In this document: in pieces, positions 10,004 through 19,005 of the stretch | How positions within the stretch are numbered: position 1 is the stretch's first letter | How the letters are laid out: every line of letters starts with the position of its first letter | Source: Gemmatimonadales bacterium | GTDB lineage: Bacteria > Gemmatimonadota > Gemmatimonadetes > Gemmatimonadales > GWC2-71-9 | DNA length: 64,000 nucleotides | Assembly (NCBI GenBank): GCA_035557715.1 | Contig: DATMDQ010000121.1 | Coordinates: forward strand, 16,962 to 80,961 | Direction: 5' to 3' | Position numbers and translations under genes: made by a program | Notes under the pieces: generated by a model | Told to the model about the DNA's origin: nothing | The model's input: only the letters and a program-made list of their open reading frames with translations | The model's database searches: none

Positions 10004-11779
10004 ATGCAAGCGATCCTTCCGCCGGCCAGCGCGATCGAGCTCGACGCGGCCCTGCTACAGGCGGCGATTACAGCCGGGCTGGCCGCCCTGTGCGCCTTCC
10101 TTTTTGTCCGTTACCGGAAGCCGTACTTCGGCTGGTGGGCCGTTGCATGGGGACTGTACCTCTTACGGATCGTCGCGATCACCAGTTTCCTGCTCTCATC
10201 AGACTGGAGCTGGCTCTATTGGCACCAGGTGGTCACTGGCTGGACGGCGCTGGCATTGCTCTACGCCGCGCTGGTCTTCTCCCAACAGATTCGCTGGCGC
10301 CGGCGCTATCTGGCGCTGGTGCTGTTTCCACCCGTGTGGTCGTACATTGCCATCTACCGCCTGAACCATTTCCTCTGGGCCGCAGGTCCAGCCGTCCTTT
10401 TCCTCAGCTTGGCGACCCTGTGGACCGGCTGGGTGTTCTTCCGGTACCGCCGGACGGTTCCCTCCAGCGGGGCCACACTTCTGGCGGTGTCCTTCGGGCT
10501 CTGGGGACTTCACCACCTCGACTACCCATTCCTTCGTGCCCGCGGCGCATGGGCGCCGTGGGGATACTACCTCGACATCCTGCTGGCGCTAGCCGTGGGC
10601 GCGGGGATCCTGCTGCTCGTCCTGGACGACCTGCGCCGGGGCCTCGCAGCGCTATCGGCTCTCTCTGGAGACCTGCAGCGCGCCGGCCGGGAGCAGGATG
10701 TGCTTGACGCGCTCCTGGCCCGGCCCCTGACGCTGCCGGCGGTTCGGGGCAGTGCGCTCTACGTGGTAGGTACCGGAGGCGGCCGATTTGTCCGCGGGGC
10801 CGGCGCATGCTCAAACTGGCCCGAGAGCCCTATCCCCACCTCGGGCGCCGCGCTGCTGGCCCGGGTGATCCAGACGGGACGGCCGCAGTTCAGTGGCAAT
10901 TGGACCGACCCCGCGCCAGGTGGATCGGCGTACGCCTATGCCGCACTCCTTCCCATCCTGCGGGACCAGGGTGTGGTGGCCGCGCTGGTGCTGGTGGGAC
11001 ATGCCCGCGACCCATTCACGGCTCTGGATGACAGCTTCCTCCTTGCTCTTGGCCATCAAGTCGGAGCCGCCCTGGAAAACGCCGATCTCTACAGCCGGCT
11101 CGAGACCCGCACGGTGGAGCTGGCACGACTCTCCGCCCGTATGATCGAACAGCATGAGGAGGAGCGTCGCCGCCTCTCACGCGAGCTGCACGACGAAACC
11201 GCACAGGTCTTTTCGGCGGTGAAGATGGAGCTCGGCGTGGTGCGCGACACGGCTGAGCCGGGCCAGGCCCGCCGGCTGGACCACGTGCTGACGCTGATCG
11301 ATACCGGCATCCGGAGCATCCGAAGCGTCACCAACGACCTCCGACCGTCCCTGTTGGACGATCTGGGGCTGCTGCCCGCATTGCGCTCTCTCGTGGCTGA
11401 CTTCGGTGACCGCAGCGGGATCCGAACCGGGCTCGCCGTTCCCTCGGCCCTTCCACCGCTGTCGAGAGAGGCAGAGCTTGCTCTCTTCCGGGCCTTGCAA
11501 GAGGCGCTCTCCAACGTCCTGCGGCATGCCAATGCCCGCACGGTTGACATCGGCATCTCCATCAACCGTGAGGGAGTGTTGCTTCAGGTGAGCGACGACG
11601 GGCGCGGATTGCCGGCCGGCATCGCTCCGGAAGGATTCGAGCTCCAGGGCCACATGGGCCTGGCGGGCATGCGCGAACGGATCACCGCACTGGGTGGCAC
11701 CGTGCGCCTGCGCGGTCGAGCCGGCGCAGGGGCACTCCTCGAAGTGCTGGTTCCCACTCCCGACGTTGCGCATTCGTGA
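10004..11779 (+). CDS. Membrane sensor histidine kinase (multi-TM, GAF-like, HisKA_3, HATPase)
   Basis: H-box ELHDETAQ, G1 box SDDGRGLP, GLAGMRERI. The N-terminal ~200 aa are hydrophobic. The ORF opens at TTG 9968; ATG 10004 is more likely. Confidence 0.85.
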   Translation: MQAILPPASAIELDAALLQAAITAGLAALCAFLFVRYRKPYFGWWAVAWGLYLLRIVAITSFLLSSDWSWLYWHQVVTGWTALALLYAALVFSQQIRWRRRYLALVLFPPVWSYIAIYRLNHFLWAAGPAVLFLSLATLWTGWVFFRYRRTVPSSGATLLAVSFGLWGLHHLDYPFLRARGAWAPWGYYLDILLALAVGAGILLLVLDDLRRGLAALSALSGDLQRAGREQDVLDALLARPLTLPAVRGSALYVVGTGGGRFVRGAGACSNWPESPIPTSGAALLARVIQTGRPQFSGNWTDPAPGGSAYAYAALLPILRDQGVVAALVLVGHARDPFTALDDSFLLALGHQVGAALENADLYSRLETRTVELARLSARMIEQHEEERRRLSRELHDETAQVFSAVKMELGVVRDTAEPGQARRLDHVLTLIDTGIRSIRSVTNDLRPSLLDDLGLLPALRSLVADFGDRSGIRTGLAVPSALPPLSREAELALFRALQEALSNVLRHANARTVDIGISINREGVLLQVSDDGRGLPAGIAPEGFELQGHMGLAGMRERITALGGTVRLRGRAGAGALLEVLVPTPDVAHS

Positions 11780-12441
11780 CCCGGTCCATACGGGTGCTGG
11801 TAGCCGATGATCACATGATCGTGCGCACTGGAATTCGGCATGTGCTTGAGAGCGAAGCCGGCTTCGAAGTGGTGGGTGAGGCAGCCACAGCCGCCGAGGC
11901 CCTCGCCCTCAGCTCACAGCTGAAGCCTGATGTCGTTGTCCTGGATATCTCCATGCCCGGAGAGTCCGGTCTTCAATTGGCGGCCCGATTGCGGGAGAGC
12001 ACACCCGAGCTGCGGGTTCTGATCCTGAGTATGCATGACAACGCCGAATACGTGCTGGAGAGCGTGCGGGCCGGCGCCCATGGCTATCTGTTGAAGGACA
12101 CAGCGGCCACTGAGCTTCGGAACGCCATCCGCACGGTCTGCGGGGGAGAGTCGTATTTCAGCCCGCCGATCGCCAGCCGGCTACGCGAAGCACTGAGGGG
12201 CGAGCACGAGACTCATGCCGGCACACTGTCACAACTGACGGCACGCGAGCGCGAGGTACTCCTTGGGGTAGCTCAGGGGAGGACGAACAAGGAGATTGCC
12301 TCGGAGCTCGGCATCAGCCACCGGACGGTGGAAACCCACCGGGAGAGCCTGATGCGCAAACTTCAGATCCGCACCGTCGCCGAGCTCACCCGATTTGCCC
12401 TCGGAGCCGGACTCATCGGAGAAGGCCGGGCCGGGCCATGA
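11776..12441 (+). CDS. NarL/LuxR-family response regulator
   Basis: REC domain (VLVADDH..., DVVVLDISMPG) plus LuxR HTH (LTAREREVLLGVAQGRTNKEIA). GTGA overlap with the kinase stop. Confidence 0.9.
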   Translation: MTRSIRVLVADDHMIVRTGIRHVLESEAGFEVVGEAATAAEALALSSQLKPDVVVLDISMPGESGLQLAARLRESTPELRVLILSMHDNAEYVLESVRAGAHGYLLKDTAATELRNAIRTVCGGESYFSPPIASRLREALRGEHETHAGTLSQLTAREREVLLGVAQGRTNKEIASELGISHRTVETHRESLMRKLQIRTVAELTRFALGAGLIGEGRAGP

Positions 12442-12454
12442 TTATCTTTGGACC

Positions 12455-13618
12455 ATGACCGACGTCAAACCGAGCTCACCGCCCCGCCCCGCTGGAGCGG
12501 GCTCCGTTGGCCCGAGGGTCAAGACCGGCATCGTCATGATGAATCTTGGCGGCCCGGCCACGCTCGACGATGTTGAGCCGTTTCTACTCGAGCTGTTCGC
12601 CGACCGGGAGATCATTCAGCTCCCGTTTCAACGCTGGCTCGGCCCGTTCATCGCTCGCCGCCGAACCCCAAAGGTTCGGAAACTCTACGCGAGTATAGGG
12701 GGCGGTTCCCCGATCTTGCGCTATACCGAAGCGCAGGGGCGCGGCATGGTCTCCCGATTGGACCGGATCTCCCCGGAGACCGCACCCCACAAGTTCTACG
12801 TGGCCTTCCGCTACGCCCAGCCCAAGAGCGATGATGCCCTGCGCGCCATGAAGGCGGATGGCGTCGAGCGCGCGGTAGCCTTCACCCAGTACCCCCAGTT
12901 CTCCTGCAGTACCACGGGATCGAGCCTCAATGAGCTGTGGCGGGCGGCTGCGCGCACCGGGCTGCGCCATGCCTTCGAATGGAGCGTCATCGACCGCTGG
13001 CCGGTTCACCACGGCTTCGTCGATGCGATGACCGAGACCGTGCGGGAGGGGATGCAGCAGTTCGAGGCGGCCGATCGGGATAAAGTACTGATCCTTTTCA
13101 GCGCCCACTCGCTTCCGCTCGACGTGATCGACCGGGGAGATGCCTATCCTCAGGAGGTAGGAGCGAGCGTCCAGCGAGTGGTCGAGCAGTTGGGACGGTT
13201 GAACCCTTATATCCTGGCCTATCAATCCGACGTGGGGCCGGTGCGCTGGCTCGGGCCCAGCACTGAGCAGGTGCTCCGCCGCCTGGGTGGCCGGGGACAC
13301 AAGCATGTTCTCGTCGTCCCCATCGCCTTTACCAGCGATCACATCGAGACGCTGTCCGAGCTCGATCGGGAGTACGGTGAGGTGGCACATCAGGCGGGGA
13401 TCCAACACTACAAGCGGGCGCCGGCGCTGAACGACCGGCCGCTGTTCCTCGACGGGCTGGCTCAGATCGTGAGGGAGCACCTCGCCACGGGGCTACCCCA
13501 CAGCAGTCAGTATCTCACCCGTTGCGCGGGATGCACCAATCCCCAATGCCGCAACATTCTCAACCCGGTAAGTCGTGGCTCCCAGCTCCCGACTCATTCT
13601 GCCGAAGGTCTCGGCTGA
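12455..13618 (+). CDS. hemH: Ferrochelatase with a C-terminal Cys cluster
   Basis: GIVMMNLGGP..., YPQFSCSTTGSS, HSLP, and a C-terminal C-X2-C-X4-C (CAGCTNPQC). The ORF opens at 12395, but ATG 12455 follows the RR stop. Confidence 0.9.
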   Translation: MTDVKPSSPPRPAGAGSVGPRVKTGIVMMNLGGPATLDDVEPFLLELFADREIIQLPFQRWLGPFIARRRTPKVRKLYASIGGGSPILRYTEAQGRGMVSRLDRISPETAPHKFYVAFRYAQPKSDDALRAMKADGVERAVAFTQYPQFSCSTTGSSLNELWRAAARTGLRHAFEWSVIDRWPVHHGFVDAMTETVREGMQQFEAADRDKVLILFSAHSLPLDVIDRGDAYPQEVGASVQRVVEQLGRLNPYILAYQSDVGPVRWLGPSTEQVLRRLGGRGHKHVLVVPIAFTSDHIETLSELDREYGEVAHQAGIQHYKRAPALNDRPLFLDGLAQIVREHLATGLPHSSQYLTRCAGCTNPQCRNILNPVSRGSQLPTHSAEGLG

Positions 13619-14789
13619 CGGGGTACAGCACTCGGCGCACCAGGCGGTCCGCCATTTCACGCACCACTTCCCGATCCGATTCCGACAGCGACTCCAGCCG
13701 GGCGAGTGCCCAGGCGGATTCCTGCTCGGCCAACTCGACACCCAGCCGGTGCAGATCGGCGAGCTTGCCGGCCACTACCTTCCCGCGCAGCGTGACACCC
13801 AGTCTCGCCAGCTCATCCTCGATCACCTGGTGGGCATCGTCCAGGGCGATCGACGCGGCGCCTGCCGCGGGGCAGCAAAGGCGTTGAAGGTCATCGAGAT
13901 CAAAGAGCTGGACCCCGGCAATCTCCCGGGCGGCGGGATCCACATTGCGGGGCACCGAGAGATCCATCACGAAGAGATCTCGATCCGGCCGGGTAGCAAC
14001 CGCCTGCGAGAGCTGGGCGGCTGATACCACGGGCCGTGAGCCTCCAGTGGCCACCAGCAGGAGATCCGCCGTCTCGAGCTTCGGGGCCAACTCTTCCCAG
14101 GTTCCGCTCGCCGCCCCCCACGCCTCCGCCAGGACCTGGGTGCGGCCGGGCCGCCGGCTCAGGAGGATGACGCGCGACGCTCCCAGCTCGTGAAGGGCCC
14201 GGAGCGCTCCCTCTGCTGCCTCGCCGGCACCGAGGACGACCACTTCCCGCGATCCGATCTTTCCCCAGCGTTCTGCGATGACGTCAACGGCCGCCGAGCT
14301 CACCGAGGCCGGATGGCGGCCGAGGAAAGTCTCGCAACGCACTCGCCGTCCAGCCGCGAGTGCCGCCGACAGGATCTGATCCATCTCCCTGGTTGTGGTG
14401 CCAGCGGCGCGGGCTGCATCAAAGGCTCGCCGCACCTGTCCAAGTACCTCGGTTTCTCCCAGGATCTGCGAATCCAAACCCGCTGTAACCCTGAACAGGT
14501 GACGCACGGCCTCGAGGCCATCGTACCTGATGAGCTGGAGCGAGGAAGCCGCGCCGCGCCCCTTTGCGACCCGGCGAAACCAGGGCTCCAGATCCTCATC
14601 GCCCGCCCAGTAGAGCTCGCAGCGGTTGCAGGTGGAAAGCAAAAGCGATGAGCGGCCCGCCTTGAGCTGGTCTTCGAGCAGCACTGCGGTTTCGGCCGGA
14701 GTGAACGCAAACGGCTCGCGCTCCTCGAGGCTGGCCATATGATGGCTCACGCCAATGAGATGGAAGGAGGTGTTCGGAAGCACGTACAA
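13560..14789 (-). CDS. hemA: Glutamyl-tRNA reductase
   Basis: LIGVSHH..., active-site STCNRCELY, NADPH loop VVVLGAGEAA. TTG start at 14789. Confidence 0.9.
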   Translation of the reverse strand: MYVLPNTSFHLIGVSHHMASLEEREPFAFTPAETAVLLEDQLKAGRSSLLLSTCNRCELYWAGDEDLEPWFRRVAKGRGAASSLQLIRYDGLEAVRHLFRVTAGLDSQILGETEVLGQVRRAFDAARAAGTTTREMDQILSAALAAGRRVRCETFLGRHPASVSSAAVDVIAERWGKIGSREVVVLGAGEAAEGALRALHELGASRVILLSRRPGRTQVLAEAWGAASGTWEELAPKLETADLLLVATGGSRPVVSAAQLSQAVATRPDRDLFVMDLSVPRNVDPAAREIAGVQLFDLDDLQRLCCPAAGAASIALDDAHQVIEDELARLGVTLRGKVVAGKLADLHRLGVELAEQESAWALARLESLSESDREVVREMADRLVRRVLYPVSRDLRQNESGAGSHDLPG

Positions 14790-14838
14790 GGCTAGGTGCC
14801 GGTGGTCTGGGGTTCAATCCGCAGAGCTCCGGATGTGC

Positions 14839-14858
14839 GGTCCGTAGGTTTACGGACC
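14839..14858 (-). terminator. GC-rich hairpin downstream of the 14868-15362 gene
   Basis: ggtccgta-ggtt-tacggacc: 8-bp perfect stem, 10 nt past the stop. No U-tract. Confidence 0.3.
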
Positions 14859-14867
14859 GGCGGACCC

Positions 14868-15362
14868 TTAAAGCTTATTCGCCGCGCCCTTCATCGTCTG
14901 CTGATAGGAATCGAGCAGTCGCCGCACTCGTGCCACGTGTTGCTTCATCTGTGATGGCGCAGGGCCGGTGGCGGATGTTCCGCTGCCGCCCCCGAGATCA
15001 TCAAGAACTGAGTCGGTCAACGCTCTGAACTGTCCCGAGTCCGCGAAGCCCACCCGGTACAGGTCCGCCTGCATCGAGGTGACCAGGTCGCTTACCAGGT
15101 TCTTGTAGGCTGTCACGTTTTCGGTGCTGGTGGGGGAGCCACTGCTCATCAGGTCCAGCTGGTTTCTCACTGCGGGAATCAAGCGGGGCGCCTCCAGCTC
15201 AGAGCCGCTGTTGGTGCCTTCAAGGCCGTCCTCACGGGCACGGTCCTTGGAATCAGCGGTATAGGGGGAGGCCGACGCCGTGCCGCGGGCGCCGGTTTCG
15301 GGGGTTTCGCGCCCGCAGGCGGACAGGATGAATGCCAAGGCAAAGAGTTGAACGGGTCTCAT
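14868..15362 (-). CDS. Hypothetical lipoprotein
   Basis: MRPVQLFALAFILSAC lipobox. No recognisable domain. Confidence 0.5.
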   Translation of the reverse strand: MRPVQLFALAFILSACGRETPETGARGTASASPYTADSKDRAREDGLEGTNSGSELEAPRLIPAVRNQLDLMSSGSPTSTENVTAYKNLVSDLVTSMQADLYRVGFADSGQFRALTDSVLDDLGGGSGTSATGPAPSQMKQHVARVRRLLDSYQQTMKGAANKL

Positions 15363-15465
15363 AGGCCGCCCTCGAACGTGGGGTAAGGCTAACCCCCTGA
15401 ATTAAACGGCCAGGTCCCGAGGGAAGCAGTGTTCCCGGTCACGCGGCGGACTTTCGCTTCCCCGC

Positions 15466-16530
15466 TTACCTCCCGAACAGCCTTCCCAGCACTCCGGTGC
15501 TGGTAGAAGCCTCCAACGCGTGTGCCAGCTCCGTCATGGATGCATGCCGTTCGGCCGGATTTACGGACAGAGCCTTCGTAATGACAGCCTCCAGCTTGGC
15601 TGGCAGGTCACCACGGACGGCCCGAAGGGGAAGCGGGGCGCCACGGAGCCGGGCGATCATGGTCTCCTGCGCGCTCTTCCCGGTGAACGGGAGCTGTGCG
15701 GTGAACAGCTCGAAAGCCAGGATTGCGAGGGCGTACACGTCGCTTCGGCCATCGAGTGGCTTGCCCCGGATCTGCTCGGGACTCATGAACTCCGGAGTTC
15801 CCAACACGATCCCGGTCGCGGTCAGCTTCACCACGTCCGGACCGGCCCGGCGTTCCTTGGCCAGGCCGAAATCCATCACCACGGCGCGGAAGCCGGTGGG
15901 CGCCTGGGCATCGGGTACCAGCATGACGTTCTCGGGCTTGAGATCTCGGTGAATGATCTGGAGCTCGTGAGCGTGGCCTAGGCCCTGGCAAACCTGGACC
16001 AGCAGGGGAATCCCTTCAGCCACCGGGAAGGCGCCCCGGCGAGTCTCGTGCTCGCTGAGCGGCTCGCCTTCGAGGTATGGCATGACCAGATAGAGCAACC
16101 CCTCGGACGTCTCTCCCAGGCGAAGGATCGGGCAGACATTGGGATGGTTGAGTCGGGTGGCGATGGTGGCTTCCCGGCGGAGACGCTCGACGGACGCCGG
16201 GTCTCGCGAAAGCCGGGGTATCAGAATCTTGACGGCCACCGACCTGCCGGTCTCGATTTCCTGCGCCTCGTAGACGTACGACATCCCTCCTTCGCCCAGC
16301 TTCCGGTTGATTCGGTAGCGCTGGTCGAGGGTCTGCCCGGTCAGGCTCGCAATCGAGGCGGTCAGGCGGTCGGGCGGGACGGCGGTAAGATCTCCGGTAT
16401 CCACCGCCCTACCGTCTCTACGCCCTTCCGCCTCGGGTGCCCCTTCCACCAGGAGCGATCCGTCCTTCACACAGAATCGGGCGGGAGCGTCGTATGTGGT
16501 CTGACACCGCGGGCAGCGGCGGTTACTCAA
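15466..16530 (-). CDS. Ser/Thr protein kinase with an N-terminal zinc ribbon
   Basis: CPRCQ...FCVKDG, then VAVKIL, HRDLKPEN, DFGLA, PEFMSPEQ. TTGA overlap with the upstream GGDEF gene. Confidence 0.9.
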   Translation of the reverse strand: MSNRRCPRCQTTYDAPARFCVKDGSLLVEGAPEAEGRRDGRAVDTGDLTAVPPDRLTASIASLTGQTLDQRYRINRKLGEGGMSYVYEAQEIETGRSVAVKILIPRLSRDPASVERLRREATIATRLNHPNVCPILRLGETSEGLLYLVMPYLEGEPLSEHETRRGAFPVAEGIPLLVQVCQGLGHAHELQIIHRDLKPENVMLVPDAQAPTGFRAVVMDFGLAKERRAGPDVVKLTATGIVLGTPEFMSPEQIRGKPLDGRSDVYALAILAFELFTAQLPFTGKSAQETMIARLRGAPLPLRAVRGDLPAKLEAVITKALSVNPAERHASMTELAHALEASTSTGVLGRLFGR

Positions 16531-17960
16531 TCGCGGAACCGGTTTCGGCCATCGCTCTTGGCACGGTAGAGGTGAGTGTCGGCCAGGCGGAGGAGGGATT
16601 CCCCGTCGCTTACCCGCTCGTCGGGATAGGAAGCGATCCCGATGCTGATGGTAACCCGCACCGGCCGACCCGGTTCGCCGAAATCATGGGTCGACACCCG
16701 CCTGAGAATGCGCTCGGCGAAGTTCCGGGACTCCGCATTTGTCGTTTCGGGAAGCAGCACGACGAACTCCTCGCCGCCATAACGGGCGACAATATCGACC
16801 GACCGCTGCTCCCGTTTCAACAGGTTGGCCAGCTGTTTCAAGACCCGGTCGCCCACCAGGTGGCCGTAGGTATCGTTGATCTGCTTGAAGTTGTCGATGT
16901 CCACCATCATGCCGGTCAACATGGTGGCGTACCGGGCGGCGCGGTCCATCTCCTGCTCCAGCTTTTCCATGAGCGCCCGCCGGTTGAAGCAGTTGGTCAG
17001 CGGGTCGGTCTCGGCCAGATGCCGCATCTGCTCCTGACCCAGAACAGCATTCTCCAGGTCGTACGCCCGCTCGAGAGCCGCCACCGCCGCGATGATCACC
17101 TCCTCGGCGAACTGCACGTCGTGCTCGTTGAGCGGCGCGTCCTCGGTGGTGGTGCGGAGGAAGAAGACCCCGGCCGGCTGCTCCTTCAGCGCAAACCGGA
17201 GCGCTACCGCCGACCGAGTCTCCACCGGACGACCCTCCGCCTCCCATTCCTGTCGCACCCCGCGGTAGAGCGGGTCGGTCTGCACGTCACGCACCAACAC
17301 GGTTTCACCCGTCGCCAGGGCGTGCCGGATCTCGGGGTAGCGCTTGAGGTCGACCTGGAGGTTGTGCAGCATCGGGTTCTCGAAGGCGGCCACCACCGTG
17401 CCGCTTTCGTCCCCCGGGTTGGCCATGATGATCGAGCAGCGCGAGATGCTCAGTCCCTGTGCCACCCGGCGGACCAGGATGCCGTAGATCTCCTCCGGCT
17501 TCAGCGAGGCGGTCACCTCCTGCATGATGTCCATCATCTCGGAGCGCGACCGGGCCTCCGCCTTAGCCTGGTTGAGCTCCCGGCCGACCCGGAGGTGGGC
17601 CTTCACCCGGGCCAGCAGCTCCCGCACCCGAAATGGTTTGGGAATGAAGTCGGCGGCACCGAGGCCAAGCGAGCGAACCGTGGCCTCTTCAGGCGGCATG
17701 GAGGAGATCATCAGCACCGGCAGATCCTTGAAGCGAGGATCAGCCTTGACCCGCTGCAGCAACTGGAGGCCGTCCACTTTGGGCATCATGATGTCGAGGA
17801 GAAGCAGGTCGAACTGTTCGGCGGTCAGGTGCTCGAAGAGGTGTTCGCCGCCAGGGGCGGTGAAAACGTCATAACCGTTCTCCTTCAGGATCCAGGATAG
17901 CGTTCGGGAGAGCGCTTGGTCGTCGTCCGCCACGAGGATCTTGGGAGCAACCGTCATCAA
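16527..17960 (-). CDS. Response regulator - GAF - GGDEF diguanylate cyclase
   Basis: REC domain (ILVADDD, LLLLDIMMP). GGEEF active site (RYGGEEFVVLL) with an RxxD I-site (RSVD) 5 aa upstream. Confidence 0.9.
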   Translation of the reverse strand: MMTVAPKILVADDDQALSRTLSWILKENGYDVFTAPGGEHLFEHLTAEQFDLLLLDIMMPKVDGLQLLQRVKADPRFKDLPVLMISSMPPEEATVRSLGLGAADFIPKPFRVRELLARVKAHLRVGRELNQAKAEARSRSEMMDIMQEVTASLKPEEIYGILVRRVAQGLSISRCSIIMANPGDESGTVVAAFENPMLHNLQVDLKRYPEIRHALATGETVLVRDVQTDPLYRGVRQEWEAEGRPVETRSAVALRFALKEQPAGVFFLRTTTEDAPLNEHDVQFAEEVIIAAVAALERAYDLENAVLGQEQMRHLAETDPLTNCFNRRALMEKLEQEMDRAARYATMLTGMMVDIDNFKQINDTYGHLVGDRVLKQLANLLKREQRSVDIVARYGGEEFVVLLPETTNAESRNFAERILRRVSTHDFGEPGRPVRVTISIGIASYPDERVSDGESLLRLADTHLYRAKSDGRNRFRD

Positions 17961-18997
17961 GTCGGCTCTGAGCTTGTCGAAGGGTTCACCAGCCGCTGGA
18001 AAAGGTCGGGATCGACATTCCCGCCACTGATCACGACCACGGTCGAGCCGGTCGGGCGGACGTGCTCCGCGAGAAGGGCGGCCGTCGTCACTGCGCCGGA
18101 TGGCTCGGTGACAAGCTGGAGTTCATCGTAGAGGTAACGGACCGCGGCTGCAATCTCGTCCTCAGACACCTGGACCGCCTCGCGAACCACATTGGACAGC
18201 ACGGCGAATGGCAGCTCCCCGATCGACAACGGCAGAAGGCCGTCGGCAAGACTCGCGGTCAGCTCCAGTTTCGTCGGCCGGCCGGCCGCGAGAGCCCCGG
18301 CCAGCTTGGCCGCGGCGATCGGCTCGACGCCGATGACCTTGACCGACGGTTTGAGCGCGGCAACAGCCGCGGCAATTCCGGCGATGAGTCCGCCACCGCC
18401 CACGGGAACCAGGATGGTGTCCACTCCAGGCTGACCTTCCAGGATCTCGAGGCCGCAGGTTCCCTGGCCGGCAATGACATCCAGGCTCTCGTACGGGGGG
18501 ACCATCGACAGGCCACGCTCCTCCGCCAGCGCCACCGCGCATGCATGCCGTTCGGCTGAGCTGTTGCCCGCAAAGACAACCTCGCCCCCCTGACGCCTGA
18601 CCCCCTCAACCTTGATGGACGGAGCCCGCTCGGGCATGACCACGACGGCGTGGGTCCCGAGGAGGCGAGCGGCAAAGGCTACCGCCTGACCGTGATTCCC
18701 GCTGGAATAGGTTATCACTCCGCGTGCCCGCAGGTCGGCAGGAATGCGGGACACCGCGGTATACGCACCGCGGATCTTGAAGGCCCCGACGGGCTGTAGA
18801 TGCTCGCACTTGGCGGCCACAGGGAACCCGAGGCTCGCGCTCAGTGCAGGCATGTCGACGAGAGGCGTCCGGACGGCCACGCCCTCGAGACCGCGGGCCG
18901 CGCTCCGCAACGCTGCGAGCGGTACGGCGGCACGCGGGTTCGGCCCGGTTCTAGAAGAGAGGTCGGCCCACCGGTCGGCGGCGGATGTCATGACCAA
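17957..18997 (-). CDS. PLP-dependent threonine/serine dehydratase family (no ACT domain)
   Basis: FKIRGA (PLP Lys), SSGNHGQAVA, GGGGLIAGI. TGATG overlap with the downstream REC-GGDEF gene. Start is TTG 18997 or ATG 18991. Confidence 0.85.
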   Translation of the reverse strand: MVMTSAADRWADLSSRTGPNPRAAVPLAALRSAARGLEGVAVRTPLVDMPALSASLGFPVAAKCEHLQPVGAFKIRGAYTAVSRIPADLRARGVITYSSGNHGQAVAFAARLLGTHAVVVMPERAPSIKVEGVRRQGGEVVFAGNSSAERHACAVALAEERGLSMVPPYESLDVIAGQGTCGLEILEGQPGVDTILVPVGGGGLIAGIAAAVAALKPSVKVIGVEPIAAAKLAGALAAGRPTKLELTASLADGLLPLSIGELPFAVLSNVVREAVQVSEDEIAAAVRYLYDELQLVTEPSGAVTTAALLAEHVRPTGSTVVVISGGNVDPDLFQRLVNPSTSSEPT

Positions 18998-19005
18998 TCA
19001 TAACC

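Noticed and set aside
12584-13480. Long antisense ORFs of this kind also lie opposite hemH (12584-13480), DUF5916 (26751-27758), the prenyltransferase-repeat gene (41367-42392), selD (42481-43320), SPFH (47606-48469), the FAD oxidase (52656-53672), thyX (54001-54774), kamA (57710-58633) and the SBP (59407-60420).
   Set aside because: Same reasoning: high-GC shadow frames opposite genes with strong family signatures.
14805-14830. GGTTCAATCC motif resembling a tRNA T-loop upstream of hemA.
   Set aside because: The flanking bases cannot form a 5-bp T-stem. I could not fold an acceptor or anticodon arm on either strand.
16437-17900. 487-aa ORF antisense to the REC-GAF-GGDEF gene.
   Set aside because: No recognisable domain and typical antisense-frame composition. 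The opposite strand has complete REC and GGDEF signatures.
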